This document shows, piece after piece, positions 9,941 to 18,105 of a DNA stretch of 64,000 bases. The translations under genes were made by a program, and so were the position numbers. Source of the DNA: Acidimicrobiia bacterium (lineage in GTDB: Bacteria > Actinomycetota > Acidimicrobiia > Spongiisociales > UBA5794); contig DASWKR010000028.1 in NCBI GenBank assembly GCA_036396535.1, positions 17,434 through 81,433 on the forward strand, written 5' to 3'. The notes below the pieces were generated by a model. It saw nothing but the letters and a program-made list of their open reading frames with translations. It made no database searches and was not told the origin of the DNA. The stretch's first letter is position 1. Each line of letters opens with the position of its first letter.

Positions 9941-10462
9941 TCACTCCGGGTCGAACGTGCCGATGTACGGGAGGTTGCGGTACTTCTCGCCGTGGTCGAG
10001 ACCGTACCCGATCACGAACTCCGGGCCGATGTGGAACCCCTCGTACTTCACGTGGAGAGGGGGCCGCTCGATGCCGTCCTTGATGAGCAAGGCGGCCAGC
10101 TCGAGCGACGCCGGCTGGCGGACCCGCAGGTTCCTCATGAGGTAGTGGAGGGTGAGCCCCGAGTCGATGATGTCCTCGACGATCAGCACGTCTCTCCCGG
10201 AGATCTCGGTGTCGAGGTCCTTGAGGATCCTGACGACGCCCGACGTCTTCGTCGCCGAGCCGTACGAGGAGACGGCCATGAAGTCGAACTCAACCGGAAG
10301 CTCGATGTGGCGGGCCAGGTCGGCCATGACCATGAAGGCGCCTTTGAGGATGCCGACGATGAGCAGGTCCCGGCCGCGGTAGTCCTCGGTGATCGCCTTG
10401 CCCATCTCGCTGAGCTTGTCGCGGATCTGCTCCTCGGTGATGAGACGGTTGGCTGGGTTCAA
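9941..10462 (-). CDS. hpt: hypoxanthine-guanine phosphoribosyltransferase
   Basis: PRTase motif VLIVEDIIDSGLTL. The start is TTG (forward 'caa' at 10460-10462), forming a TTGA overlap with the tilS stop. Confidence 0.92.
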   Translation of the reverse strand: MNPANRLITEEQIRDKLSEMGKAITEDYRGRDLLIVGILKGAFMVMADLARHIELPVEFDFMAVSSYGSATKTSGVVRILKDLDTEISGRDVLIVEDIIDSGLTLHYLMRNLRVRQPASLELAALLIKDGIERPPLHVKYEGFHIGPEFVIGYGLDHGEKYRNLPYIGTFDPE

Positions 10463-11787
10463 GGTTCCTCCACGATCGGATCGAGCGCCAGGAGCGTGAT
10501 CGGTTCACCTCCTGGTGTCGGGCGGCACCATGCGGCAACCCTGACCCCTGCCACCCAGGCAATGTTCCCATCCACGGCGACGACAGGCCAACCGGCCCGC
10601 AGCCTCCTGGGCACGCCTTGCTCGGCAAGGGCGTCGAAGACACGCTTCGAGCCTCCTGTGATGGCGATCCTGTCGGTTCGCCGCGCCGCCCGCACCTCGC
10701 TCACCTGTGCCGCGCCGAGATCCACCAGCGCCCTGCTCCGACCGAGGATGGTCCGCCACGTGGCGGCTCCCGACGCGGCGAGACGCCACCCGTTCCACTC
10801 GACCGACCCGGGGATGGCGAGCTCGACCGGGTCCGGGGGCTCCGGGGTCTCGTCGCGGTACAGGGCGAGGTACGCCCCCTCGTCGGCGGCGACGAGGCCG
10901 CCACCGAGCTCCGTCGCCGGGGCGAGCCCTGCGGCGACCCTGGTCACTCTCTCGATCTCGGCGGAGGTACCGGGGTACGGAGGGCGCGCCAGCCTGATGG
11001 CGCGGCGGATGACCCTGGTGGCTACGGGGGCCGCCAGCGTCCTGAGCATCGACATCGGCACCAGCCAAGCGTCGCGATCCCGCTTGATCGGCACGTCGCC
11101 CGCCATGCCCTCGAGGGCCGCCTCGTCGGCCTCCAGGTGGGCCGCCGTCCTCACGAGGCGCTCCACCACCCCGGGACGCACCTCGTCGAGCGAGGGCAGC
11201 ACCCTGTGCCGCAGCTGGTTGCGACCGTATGCCGGATCCTCGTTGGCGGGATCATCCAGGTAGGGCAAGCCGAGCTCGTCGGCGACCTCTCTGATCTCGG
11301 CCCGGGACGAGGTGAGCAGCGGCCGCCACCACCTGTCGCGTCTTCTCGCCATGCCGGCCAAGCCGTGCGCACCGGCGCCGCGCAGCAGGTTGGCCAGGAC
11401 CGTCTCTGCCTGATCGTCGGCGTGATGGCCGGTCACGAGCAAGGCATCGACGGCGGCGACCTCGAGCGCCGCAAGCCGCGCAATCCGCGCTCGCTCCTCC
11501 CATCCGGCGCCAGGGGGAACGTCGATGCCGACCGTCTCGATCGGGAGCTCGAGGTGGCGGGCGACGGCGGCCGCCGCCACCCGCAGGCTCGCCGAGGCCG
11601 GCTGACCGTGATCGACGTGGATCGCCTTGACGGGCCTCCCGTCTGCGACGGAGGCCGTGACGAAGGCGGCGACCGCCGAGTCCGGGCCACCGCTGACCGC
11701 CACGGCGAAGGCGGCGGCGTCGGGAGCCGGGGCAGCTGCCTCGACGAGCGACGCGGCGAGGGGGGTCAGGCGACTCTCTCGAGCCAC
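10459..11787 (-). CDS. tilS: tRNA(Ile)-lysidine synthetase (long form with TilS_C domain)
   Basis: PP-loop AVAVSGGPDSAV and a C-terminal GGSKRVFDALAEQGVPRRLRAGWPVVAVDGNIAWVAGVRV segment. The start is probably GTG (about 11785-11787) overlapping the upstream gene by about 20 nt; the listed 712-aa ORF is a spurious 5' extension. Confidence 0.85.
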   Translation of the reverse strand: MARESRLTPLAASLVEAAAPAPDAAAFAVAVSGGPDSAVAAFVTASVADGRPVKAIHVDHGQPASASLRVAAAAVARHLELPIETVGIDVPPGAGWEERARIARLAALEVAAVDALLVTGHHADDQAETVLANLLRGAGAHGLAGMARRRDRWWRPLLTSSRAEIREVADELGLPYLDDPANEDPAYGRNQLRHRVLPSLDEVRPGVVERLVRTAAHLEADEAALEGMAGDVPIKRDRDAWLVPMSMLRTLAAPVATRVIRRAIRLARPPYPGTSAEIERVTRVAAGLAPATELGGGLVAADEGAYLALYRDETPEPPDPVELAIPGSVEWNGWRLAASGAATWRTILGRSRALVDLGAAQVSEVRAARRTDRIAITGGSKRVFDALAEQGVPRRLRAGWPVVAVDGNIAWVAGVRVAAWCRPTPGGEPITLLALDPIVEEP

Positions 11788-12797
11788 AGCACGGGATTCT
11801 CGATCTCGCCGAGCGTCGGGAGGTTGTCGGATCGCTCCCACGCCTTGTCGAGCGCCGACCAGCCGGCGTGTCGCTCGACACCCTGAATGAAGCGGGCCCC
11901 GTCCTCGTATTGCCGCATCTTCATCTCCAGCCCCACGAGGCGCATGAAGAGGGCGGTCCTCGGATCCTGGCGACGAGCCTTGAGCACCTGCGACATGCGC
12001 TGTTGGGTGACGAGCTCGCGAGCCCCGATCCTGTCCATCACGACGTGGCCGTGGCCCTCGAGAAGCGACATGAGCGCCTGGACGCGCTCGATGACATCCC
12101 GCTGAATCGGCGAAGCGAACACGCCGAAGAGGCCGGTCTGCCCGATGAGGGGGGTGCCCGACGCCGAAGCCTCTCGCATCTCTGCTGCCACCCTGGCGAG
12201 CCTGCCGGGTTCCGGCTCCGACGAGGCTACGAGCTCGTTGACCAGATCCAGGAAGTACTGGCGGAGCCACGGCACCCCGACGAACTGCAGCCGGTGCGTG
12301 CACTCGTGCAGCGCGACCCAGAACCGGAACTCGTCCGGCCGGAACTCGTGCTGTCGCTCCATCTGCAAGACGTTCGGTGCAACGAAGAGCACGGTGTCGC
12401 CGAACCCGTCGTCGTCGCTCGGCAACACGAGCTCGTATTGGCCGAGGACGCGCCGAGAGAGCAGCCCGAGGACCACGCCGAGCTCCATCCCGACGAAGCG
12501 GCGGCCGATGCCGGCGCCGACTCCTGCGGACGTGGCGAGCCGCTCCTCGGCGGGCGCGATGAGATGGGCGAACGACTCGACGTTGTTGGCGACCCAATCC
12601 TGTCGGCTGACCACTGCGACCTTGGGGGTACCTGTCCCCGTCAGCCCCGTCTCGCTCTCGACGAGCTCCGATGCCCTCGCCACCAGGCCGGGCGCCTGCC
12701 TTGCGTAACGAGCCTCGTGGTACGTGCCCTCGAGTGGATAACGGCCTGCGAGCCTGCCGGCGACACGCGTCACCGACTCCCAGTTGACGGTGCTCAT
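11766..12797 (-). CDS. zinc-dependent metalloprotease, Zincin_2 (former DUF2342) family
   Basis: HECTH (HExxH) motif. It is the conserved actinobacterial neighbour of tilS (mycobacterial Rv3626c-like position). Confidence 0.85.
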   Translation of the reverse strand: MSTVNWESVTRVAGRLAGRYPLEGTYHEARYARQAPGLVARASELVESETGLTGTGTPKVAVVSRQDWVANNVESFAHLIAPAEERLATSAGVGAGIGRRFVGMELGVVLGLLSRRVLGQYELVLPSDDDGFGDTVLFVAPNVLQMERQHEFRPDEFRFWVALHECTHRLQFVGVPWLRQYFLDLVNELVASSEPEPGRLARVAAEMREASASGTPLIGQTGLFGVFASPIQRDVIERVQALMSLLEGHGHVVMDRIGARELVTQQRMSQVLKARRQDPRTALFMRLVGLEMKMRQYEDGARFIQGVERHAGWSALDKAWERSDNLPTLGEIENPVLWLERVA

Positions 12798-12831
12798 GGG
12801 CTCAATGTAGCCCGCGCCGGTCGCGCAGCCG

Positions 12832-13158
12832 TCAGCTGATGACGCGGTAGCGCCGTCTGATGCGCACCCCGTAGTACGCGATCGCCCCGATCAGGGCGGC
12901 CAGGCCGAGCACGAGGACGAGGGGTGCCAGGAAGCGGGCCGTCCAGGGCTGTTCCTCCCCCTCTTCCTCCTCGGGGGGCGCCTCCACCGCCGGGGTGAGG
13001 CCGCTCGAGGGGGCCTCGGTCGTCGTGGCCGTCGGCTCCTCGGTGAACGCCATCAGAGACGTGCGCCCGTCGAGGGCGGAGGCGGGAGCGCCCACGGGCG
13101 ACCCGAGCACGAGCGTCGCCGCCAGCGCCGCCGCGAGTGATACCTGGCTGGCTTTCAT
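12832..13158 (-). CDS. small secreted/tail-anchored hypothetical protein (signal peptide, acidic Thr/Glu/Pro linker, C-terminal TM plus RIRRRYR tail)
   Basis: MKASQVSLAAALAATLVLGSPVGAPASA signal-like N-terminus, then ...EQPWTARFLAPLVLVLGLAALIGAIAYYGVRIRRRYRVIS. Confidence 0.5.
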   Translation of the reverse strand: MKASQVSLAAALAATLVLGSPVGAPASALDGRTSLMAFTEEPTATTTEAPSSGLTPAVEAPPEEEEGEEQPWTARFLAPLVLVLGLAALIGAIAYYGVRIRRRYRVIS

Positions 13159-13210
13159 GGGGGCGGGATGGTAGTGCCGGGGGCTGGGAGGGATGGTCTC
13201 GACGCAGAAC

Positions 13211-13231
13211 GATCGAGCCCATGGCTCGATC
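13211..13231. terminator. perfect 21-nt palindrome GATCGAGCC-CAT-GGCTCGATC (9-bp stem, 3-nt loop), candidate U-tract-less terminator just after the small ORF ending at 13251
   Basis: Read directly from the sequence. It lies between two minus-strand gene ends and no T-run follows it. Confidence 0.4.
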
Positions 13232-13250
13232 GTTCACCGGGACGAAGGGT

Positions 13251-13445
13251 TCAGCTGTCTGCGACGACCCTGCCGCGAAGGCGAGGGAACTTCGTTGGAG
13301 CGTGTGCGTAGCAGTGGTCCCGCCTGTTGTACCGGCTCAGAGTGGTGGCGCAACCCCGTTGGGCGCAGGTACGTGTCTCGGAGTAGGTCTTGGGGGCACG
13401 ACTCGTGCCCATGATCCGCTTGCCTTTTTGAACGTTCTCAGCCAT
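13251..13445 (-). CDS. small Cys/His-rich putative zinc-ribbon protein (64 aa), third gene of the sigH-rshA transcription unit
   Basis: MAENVQKGKRIMGTSRAPKTYSETRTCAQRGCATTLSRYNRRDHCYAHAP... with C-x4-C...H-C-x2-H spacing. An AGGAAG Shine-Dalgarno sits 3 nt before the ATG. I could not assign a family. Confidence 0.5.
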   Translation of the reverse strand: MAENVQKGKRIMGTSRAPKTYSETRTCAQRGCATTLSRYNRRDHCYAHAPTKFPRLRGRVVADS

Positions 13446-13484
13446 TGGTGCTTCCTGATCGTCGGCGCAGGAGCCCCGGGCCTC

Positions 13485-13736
13485 TCATGGCGCGCCTGGA
13501 TCTCCTGCGGCTTCCTCGCGTATCAACGTTCGAAGACGGTCGAATAGTTCCTCGGGTGGATCATCTTGGCAGCGGTCCTTGATCATCCGTTTCACGCGCT
13601 GCTCGAACGTGAATGCGTCGGCGCATCCGCCGCAACGGTTGAGATGCCATCGGATGCGCAGCCGCCGCGACCATGTCATCTCCTCGTCGATGTACTGGTA
13701 GACGTAGGCGACGGCGTGGTTGCAGGCTCTACTCAT
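13485..13736 (-). CDS. rshA: anti-sigma factor RsrA/RshA (zinc-associated anti-sigma, ZAS)
   Basis: [42 protein letters not shown] carries the HxxxCxxC ZAS motif. It is 83 aa, with an ATGA overlap with the sigH stop. The listed 212-aa ORF is a spurious extension. Confidence 0.9.
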   Translation of the reverse strand: MSRACNHAVAYVYQYIDEEMTWSRRLRIRWHLNRCGGCADAFTFEQRVKRMIKDRCQDDPPEELFDRLRTLIREEAAGDPGAP

Positions 13737-14296
13737 GCATGTGGTCCTGTCAGGCCGCGTTCCTCTGCAAGCTTCCACAACTTCTGTTGGAGTGCTTTTC
13801 TTCCGCGGTGGAGCCGCGACATCACGGTTCCGATCGGGATGTCCATCACCTCTGCGATCTCCTTGTACGAGAAACCCTCGACGTCTGCGTAGTAGACCGG
13901 GAGCAGGAAGTGCTCGGGAAGGGACTCCATCGCCGCCTTGACGTCCTCGTCGACGAAGTGCTCGAGGACGTCTTCCTCCGCCGACCGGGTCGCCCCGGAT
14001 TCTTCGCCCAGGCGCCTGAAGAGGTAGAGGTCCTGGAGCTCGCCGAGCTCGACCTCGCTCGGCCTGCGCTGCTGCTTGCGGTAGCGGTTGATGAACGTGT
14101 TGGTGAGGATGCGATAGAGCCACGCCTTCAGGTTCGTTCCCTCCTGGAACGAGTCGTAGGCCCTGTACGCCTTGAGGTATGTCTCCTGTACGACGTCTTC
14201 GGCATCCGCAGGATTGCGGGTCATCCGGAGCGCGGCCGAGTACAGCTGGGGGGCGTACTGGATCGCGTCCTTCTCGAAGTTCGCCTGATCGGCCAC
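13733..14296 (-). CDS. sigH: ECF RNA polymerase sigma factor SigH/SigR
   Basis: Sigma-70 regions 2 and 4 ([12 protein letters not shown]..., [26 protein letters not shown]). It has a GTG start and is paired with the ZAS anti-sigma downstream. Confidence 0.92.
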   Translation of the reverse strand: MADQANFEKDAIQYAPQLYSAALRMTRNPADAEDVVQETYLKAYRAYDSFQEGTNLKAWLYRILTNTFINRYRKQQRRPSEVELGELQDLYLFRRLGEESGATRSAEEDVLEHFVDEDVKAAMESLPEHFLLPVYYADVEGFSYKEIAEVMDIPIGTVMSRLHRGRKALQQKLWKLAEERGLTGPHA

Positions 14297-14450
14297 CCGG
14301 CGAGTATACGAACGGTCCCAGACGAGGCGGCAGCGGTCGGGTGCCGGACCGAGCGCCAGGCGACTGACCCCGAGCAGGCCACGCGGGGCGATCGACGGCG
14401 CGCTCGGCGTCGGAGGCGCGACGCCCGTGCCGTCTACAATCCAGCTTCCC

Positions 14451-14523
14451 GCCGGGGTAGCTCAGTCGGCAGAGCGACGCACTCGTAATGCGTAGGTCAC
14501 GGGTTCGATTCCCGTCTCCGGCT
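14451..14523 (+). tRNA. tRNA-Thr (anticodon CGT), CCA encoded at 14524-14526
   Basis: GCCGGGGTAGCTCAGTCGGCAGAGCGACGCACTCGTAATGCGTAGGTCACGGGTTCGATTCCCGTCTCCGGCTCCA folds into a cloverleaf. Acceptor is GCCGGGG/CTCCGGC (one G-U), anticodon stem ACGCA/TGCGT, loop CTCGTAA gives anticodon CGT, and the T-loop is TTCGATT. Confidence 0.93.
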
Positions 14524-14692
14524 CCACCTGAAACCCTGTCCTCGCACGAGTTTCAGCGATTCCAAAGACCCTCAGCTACCAACCCGGGGCGCGCGCTCGG
14601 GGCGCGCCGGGGGCGCGGCAGCTTCGGACTGTCGGCGGTCGAGGCGCTCCATCACGTCGTCCGCGGCGTCGTCGAACAGCCCAACATACGCC

Positions 14693-14794
14693 CAGCGCGG
14701 CGACGATCGGATCATCTACGAGATCATCGAGGACGAGAAGGTGGTGCTGATCCACCGGGCCCAGCACGCCAGGGACGTGTATCGACCGCGGTGA
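14693..14794 (+). pseudogene. remnant of a ParE/RelE-family toxin gene (C-terminal about 33 codons only), directly 3' of tRNA-Thr
   Basis: The in-frame translation QRGDDRIIYEIIEDEKVVLIHRAQHARDVYRPR* matches the conserved C-terminus of ParE/RelE toxins (..hlIfYri.dd.v.ILRvlH.r.d). No start codon or N-terminal half is present upstream; the tRNA is 170 nt away. Confidence 0.5.
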
Positions 14795-14817
14795 CAACGG
14801 CCCGTCACGCGCAGGCG

Positions 14818-15837
14818 CTATCTGTCCAGCGCGAACAGCTCGACCGAGGTGGCGACCCCGCGCAGTTCAATGGGTCCGAGGCTCTCGACTGCGATCCCGT
14901 CCGGGATGGTGACCGCCTCGACCACATCTGCGGATGCGAGGAAGGTGCGCTCGAAGTCCCGACACGCCTGCTCGATCCGTGCCGCCGTGTTCGGCGTGTC
15001 ACCCAGGTAGACGATCTCGTGCTTGACCGTCCCGATCTCACCGGCGACCACCGGCCCCATGTGCAAGCCCGCCCAGAAGCTGGGCACCGCACCGAAATCG
15101 GCCAGGTAGTCGCCGGACGACCGGTCGATTGTGTCAGCCATGGCAAAGACGGCCTTGACGCACGCCGCGTTCTCCAGGCCCTTGCGTTCGGTCCAGGTGA
15201 GAACAACCTCGTCACCGACGAACCGGTGGACGTCGCCACCGTGGCGGGTGGCGCTGGTAGAGATGTCGTCGACGAAGCGCTTGAGAAAGGCGTGATAGCG
15301 CAGGTTGCCCAGCTGCTCGGCGATCTGGGTGGAGCTGCGCAGATCGACGAAGAGGAAGATGCGGACCTCCTGGCGTGGTCGGTGGTAGCGGCCGAGAATC
15401 AAACCGACGAGCACGCCCCGACCGAGCAGTCGGTTGACCTGGGCGACGAAGTTGAACAGAAGGGCAGCGAGGAAGCTGATGACGACGGACCAGGCAAATC
15501 CTTGATCGGCCAGGTCGCTCCACGCCACCCCGCCGACCGTCAACAAGGGCACGGCGATGCCGGCCACGATGATGGCGAGCCAGGCCAGGCTCCGCGTGAC
15601 GAGAACCACCAGGAACGGAGCCTCCCGCCATTGGCGGGGAATGAGGTCAACCGCCCAGGCCACCTCGAACGCGACCATGCCACCCGAAACAAGAGCTCCG
15701 ATCAGCGCTCCGGTGATGAGCGAGCGGGCTGATCCATCGCCGAGGAAGTAGCCGGGGATCATTCCGATGAGCGCTCCCAACGGAGCGACGACGGCCGCGA
15801 CCCGCATCACGATGCGCCACTGCTCAGAAGTCGTCAC
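14818..15837 (-). CDS. membrane-anchored class III adenylate/guanylate cyclase (N-terminal 6-TM domain plus CHD catalytic domain)
   Basis: Hydrophobic N-terminal half, then FLFVDLRSST...GDEVVLTW...GEIGTVKHEIVYLGDTPNTAARIE, the class III nucleotidyl cyclase signatures. Confidence 0.88.
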   Translation of the reverse strand: MTTSEQWRIVMRVAAVVAPLGALIGMIPGYFLGDGSARSLITGALIGALVSGGMVAFEVAWAVDLIPRQWREAPFLVVLVTRSLAWLAIIVAGIAVPLLTVGGVAWSDLADQGFAWSVVISFLAALLFNFVAQVNRLLGRGVLVGLILGRYHRPRQEVRIFLFVDLRSSTQIAEQLGNLRYHAFLKRFVDDISTSATRHGGDVHRFVGDEVVLTWTERKGLENAACVKAVFAMADTIDRSSGDYLADFGAVPSFWAGLHMGPVVAGEIGTVKHEIVYLGDTPNTAARIEQACRDFERTFLASADVVEAVTIPDGIAVESLGPIELRGVATSVELFALDR

Positions 15838-15894
15838 GTATCCGGCTGCTCTGCTCGGGCGGGCAATCGTAGGGATTGCGTTGGTACGTGCTTG

Positions 15895-16233
15895 TCAGTA
15901 GTTGAGCAGCGTCTTGATAGCGGTGCTGACCTGGCTGGCGACATCTGGTTCTATGGCGCCGAGGCGATGGACGAGACGGTTTCTGTTGATCGACCGGATC
16001 AGCTCGCATTGGATGTAGCTGGTGGCATCGAGACCGCTGTCGGCGCTGGCCTCGGTCTCGATATGCAGCGAGAGACCACGCCGGACCGTGGTCAGCGGGA
16101 CAACGATCACGAACGGAAACCCGGGGCCGAACGTGTCGGGCGGACCGAGGATCAATGCGGGACGGTGCGCGGCCGGCTCACCGGGATACGGCTCGCCGAA
16201 ATCGACGAGCCAGAGATCATCAACCGATGCCAT
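15895..16233 (-). CDS. mazF: MazF/PemK-family type II toxin (endoribonuclease)
   Basis: MASVDDLWLVDFGEPYPGEPAAHRPALIL...FVIVVPLTT...SYIQCELIRSINRNRL. The start is the internal ATG of the listed 136-aa ORF. There is a 14-nt overlap with the upstream antitoxin. Confidence 0.8.
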   Translation of the reverse strand: MASVDDLWLVDFGEPYPGEPAAHRPALILGPPDTFGPGFPFVIVVPLTTVRRGLSLHIETEASADSGLDATSYIQCELIRSINRNRLVHRLGAIEPDVASQVSTAIKTLLNY

Positions 16234-16456
16234 CGGGCACCGACGTGTCATCCGCCTCGGCGAGGTAGGTCTGCCATGCCCGGGGGTCCTCTCGGAGTTC
16301 GGCAATCTCTGCGGCTACCTGATGGGCGAAGCGTTGGCGTCGGAGCGCTTCGGCGGCGTCGCGAACTGTCTCGATGAGCGATGCCCCGGTCGCTTGGCTC
16401 AATGCGAGGAGGCGGGCGTGGGTGTCGGTGTCCACTCGGATCGTCGTAGTTCCCAT
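16220..16456 (-). CDS. ribbon-helix-helix (CopG-like) antitoxin partner of the MazF toxin
   Basis: MGTTTIRVDTDTHARLLALSQATGASLIETVRDAAEAL has an RHH N-terminal beta-strand plus helices. It lies upstream of and overlaps the toxin gene. Confidence 0.75.
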   Translation of the reverse strand: MGTTTIRVDTDTHARLLALSQATGASLIETVRDAAEALRRQRFAHQVAAEIAELREDPRAWQTYLAEADDTSVPDGIG

Positions 16457-16500
16457 AGAAGCAGTCTACATTATGTATGCGTTCTGTCTACACCTATACT
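16457..16500 (-). promoter_or_regulatory. AT-rich putative promoter/operator of the antitoxin-toxin operon: palindrome TACATTATGTA (16467-16477) and direct repeat GTCTACA x2 (16464-16470, 16486-16492)
   Basis: Read directly from the sequence. It is the only strongly AT-rich 45-nt patch in this region and sits immediately 5' of the antitoxin start. Confidence 0.45.
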
Positions 16501-16671
16501 TTCACGCTCTGCGCACGCCGATCACCTGATACCGGACGAGAACGCACACCTCGACGAGTGCACGAGATCGGCACTTCCTGAGCGGGCGTTCCCGCACGTC
16601 TCGAGAGCATCGAGTTGAGTTCGGCTCCACGCGGCGGGTTGCCTGGTCGCCCTTCCGAACGTGCCGAGGCC

Positions 16672-17133
16672 TCAGCCCGCCTCTTGCCCCGCCCTCCACG
16701 CCGTGTACTCGTCTGCGAAGCCGAGCATCAGCAGCGGGAGCAGACCCCCCGTGAACACCCCCGCCGGCGTCGCCACCACCAGGAGCACGAGCGTGTAGAT
16801 GGTGCTCACGACGACCGCCCACACCCGGCGCCGGTACACCCTGTCGAGGGGCAAGGGGTTGAGGGTGATGGCGCCCCCTGCCCCGAATGCGGCGGATGCT
16901 CCGAGCGCGGGCGAGAGGAGCCCGACGGACAACCCGACGAGCAAGAGGAGCCCCATGGCGCGCAGGACCATTCCCGGGGCCCGCGGGTTGCGCGAGACGA
17001 AGGCGAGGACCACGAAGACGAACGGGGCGATCGTCAAGGCGATGGCGATGAGCCCCACGTTGATCCGGACGACCTCGTCCTCGGGCGCCGCGAAGGCGTA
17101 CCCATACGAGAAGTAGCTGAAGACCATCACCAC
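16672..17133 (-). CDS. hypothetical integral membrane protein (about 4 TM)
   Basis: Strongly hydrophobic throughout (MVMVFSYFSYGYAFAAPED...LIAIALTIAPFVFVVLAFV...). It lies between the TA pair and the ABC transporter operon. Confidence 0.55.
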   Translation of the reverse strand: MVMVFSYFSYGYAFAAPEDEVVRINVGLIAIALTIAPFVFVVLAFVSRNPRAPGMVLRAMGLLLLVGLSVGLLSPALGASAAFGAGGAITLNPLPLDRVYRRRVWAVVVSTIYTLVLLVVATPAGVFTGGLLPLLMLGFADEYTAWRAGQEAG

Positions 17134-17208
17134 CGTCGCCGTGGCGATCGCCAGCCAATTGCGGCGCCGCAGCTTCTCGATCGGTGTTCCGGCGGGCGCG
17201 GTCGCGGC

Positions 17209-18105
17209 CTATCCCTTCACGGACCCGGCCGTCAGCCCACGCACGAAGAACCTCTGCAGCGAGAAGAACACCACCATCGGGAGCACCATCGTCACGAAGG
17301 CGGCCGCGGGTAACAGGTTCAGCGCCCCTTCGCCGCGGCCCGCCAGGGTGGCCAGGCTGACGGTGAGCACCTCGACGCTCGGGTCGTTGCCCAAAAAGAC
17401 GAGTGCGACGAGATAGTCGTTCCAGACCCAGAGGAACTGAAAGATGGCGAACGACGCCAGCACGGGAACCGACAGGGGCAGGATCAGACGGGCGAAGATC
17501 GCGAAGTGATCAGCGCCGTCGATCTTCGCCGACTCGACGATCGACTTCGGGAGCGACCCCATGTAGTTGCGCAACAGGTACACAGCCAGAGGGAGCCCGA
17601 AACCGGCATGGGCGAGCCACACCGCCGGGAAGGTCCCGTTCACGTCGAAGTCGACGTAGATCCTGAGAATGGGAATGAGCGCCATCTGGAGAGGCACGAC
17701 CAACAGCCCGACGACCGTCACGAACAGGATATTGCGACCAGGGAACTCCATCCACGCGAAGGCGTAGGCCGCGAAGGCGGCGATGGTGATGGGAATCACC
17801 ACGGACGGGATGCTCACTGCCACCGTGTTGGCGAAAGCATTCCCGAACCCCTGATCCAGCACGACTCGGTAGTTCTCCAACGTCCACGCAGCGCTGTCGA
17901 ACACATCAGTGAAGGCCGACCACCAGCCCGACGCCCGGATCGAGCGCGGGTCACGGAGCGAGTTGATCAGCAGCCCAAAGGAAGGGATGGTCCACAAGGC
18001 GACGATGACGGTCACGGCGAGGTAGATCAGACCTCTCCGCGACGCTCGCGGGCCGCTCGGAGCGCCTGTTTCAGTGGTTGCCGCAGCCTCTGACGTCGTC
18101 GTCAT
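17209..18105 (-). CDS. carbohydrate ABC transporter permease (MalG-like)
   Basis: BPD_transp_1 signature (ESAKIDGADHFAIFARLILP). There is a 4-nt overlap with the upstream permease. Confidence 0.9.
   Translation of the reverse strand: MTTTSEAAATTETGAPSGPRASRRGLIYLAVTVIVALWTIPSFGLLINSLRDPRSIRASGWWSAFTDVFDSAAWTLENYRVVLDQGFGNAFANTVAVSIPSVVIPITIAAFAAYAFAWMEFPGRNILFVTVVGLLVVPLQMALIPILRIYVDFDVNGTFPAVWLAHAGFGLPLAVYLLRNYMGSLPKSIVESAKIDGADHFAIFARLILPLSVPVLASFAIFQFLWVWNDYLVALVFLGNDPSVEVLTVSLATLAGRGEGALNLLPAAAFVTMVLPMVVFFSLQRFFVRGLTAGSVKG

Noticed and set aside
14818-17133. Cyclase plus membrane protein as a Pycsar/CBASS-like defence module
   Set aside because: The cyclase has the standard class III adenylyl-cyclase catalytic residues and its own 6-TM domain. 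No cNMP-binding or TIR effector is present, and the 153-aa membrane neighbour has no CNB domain. It is more likely the conserved Rv3645-type cyclase.
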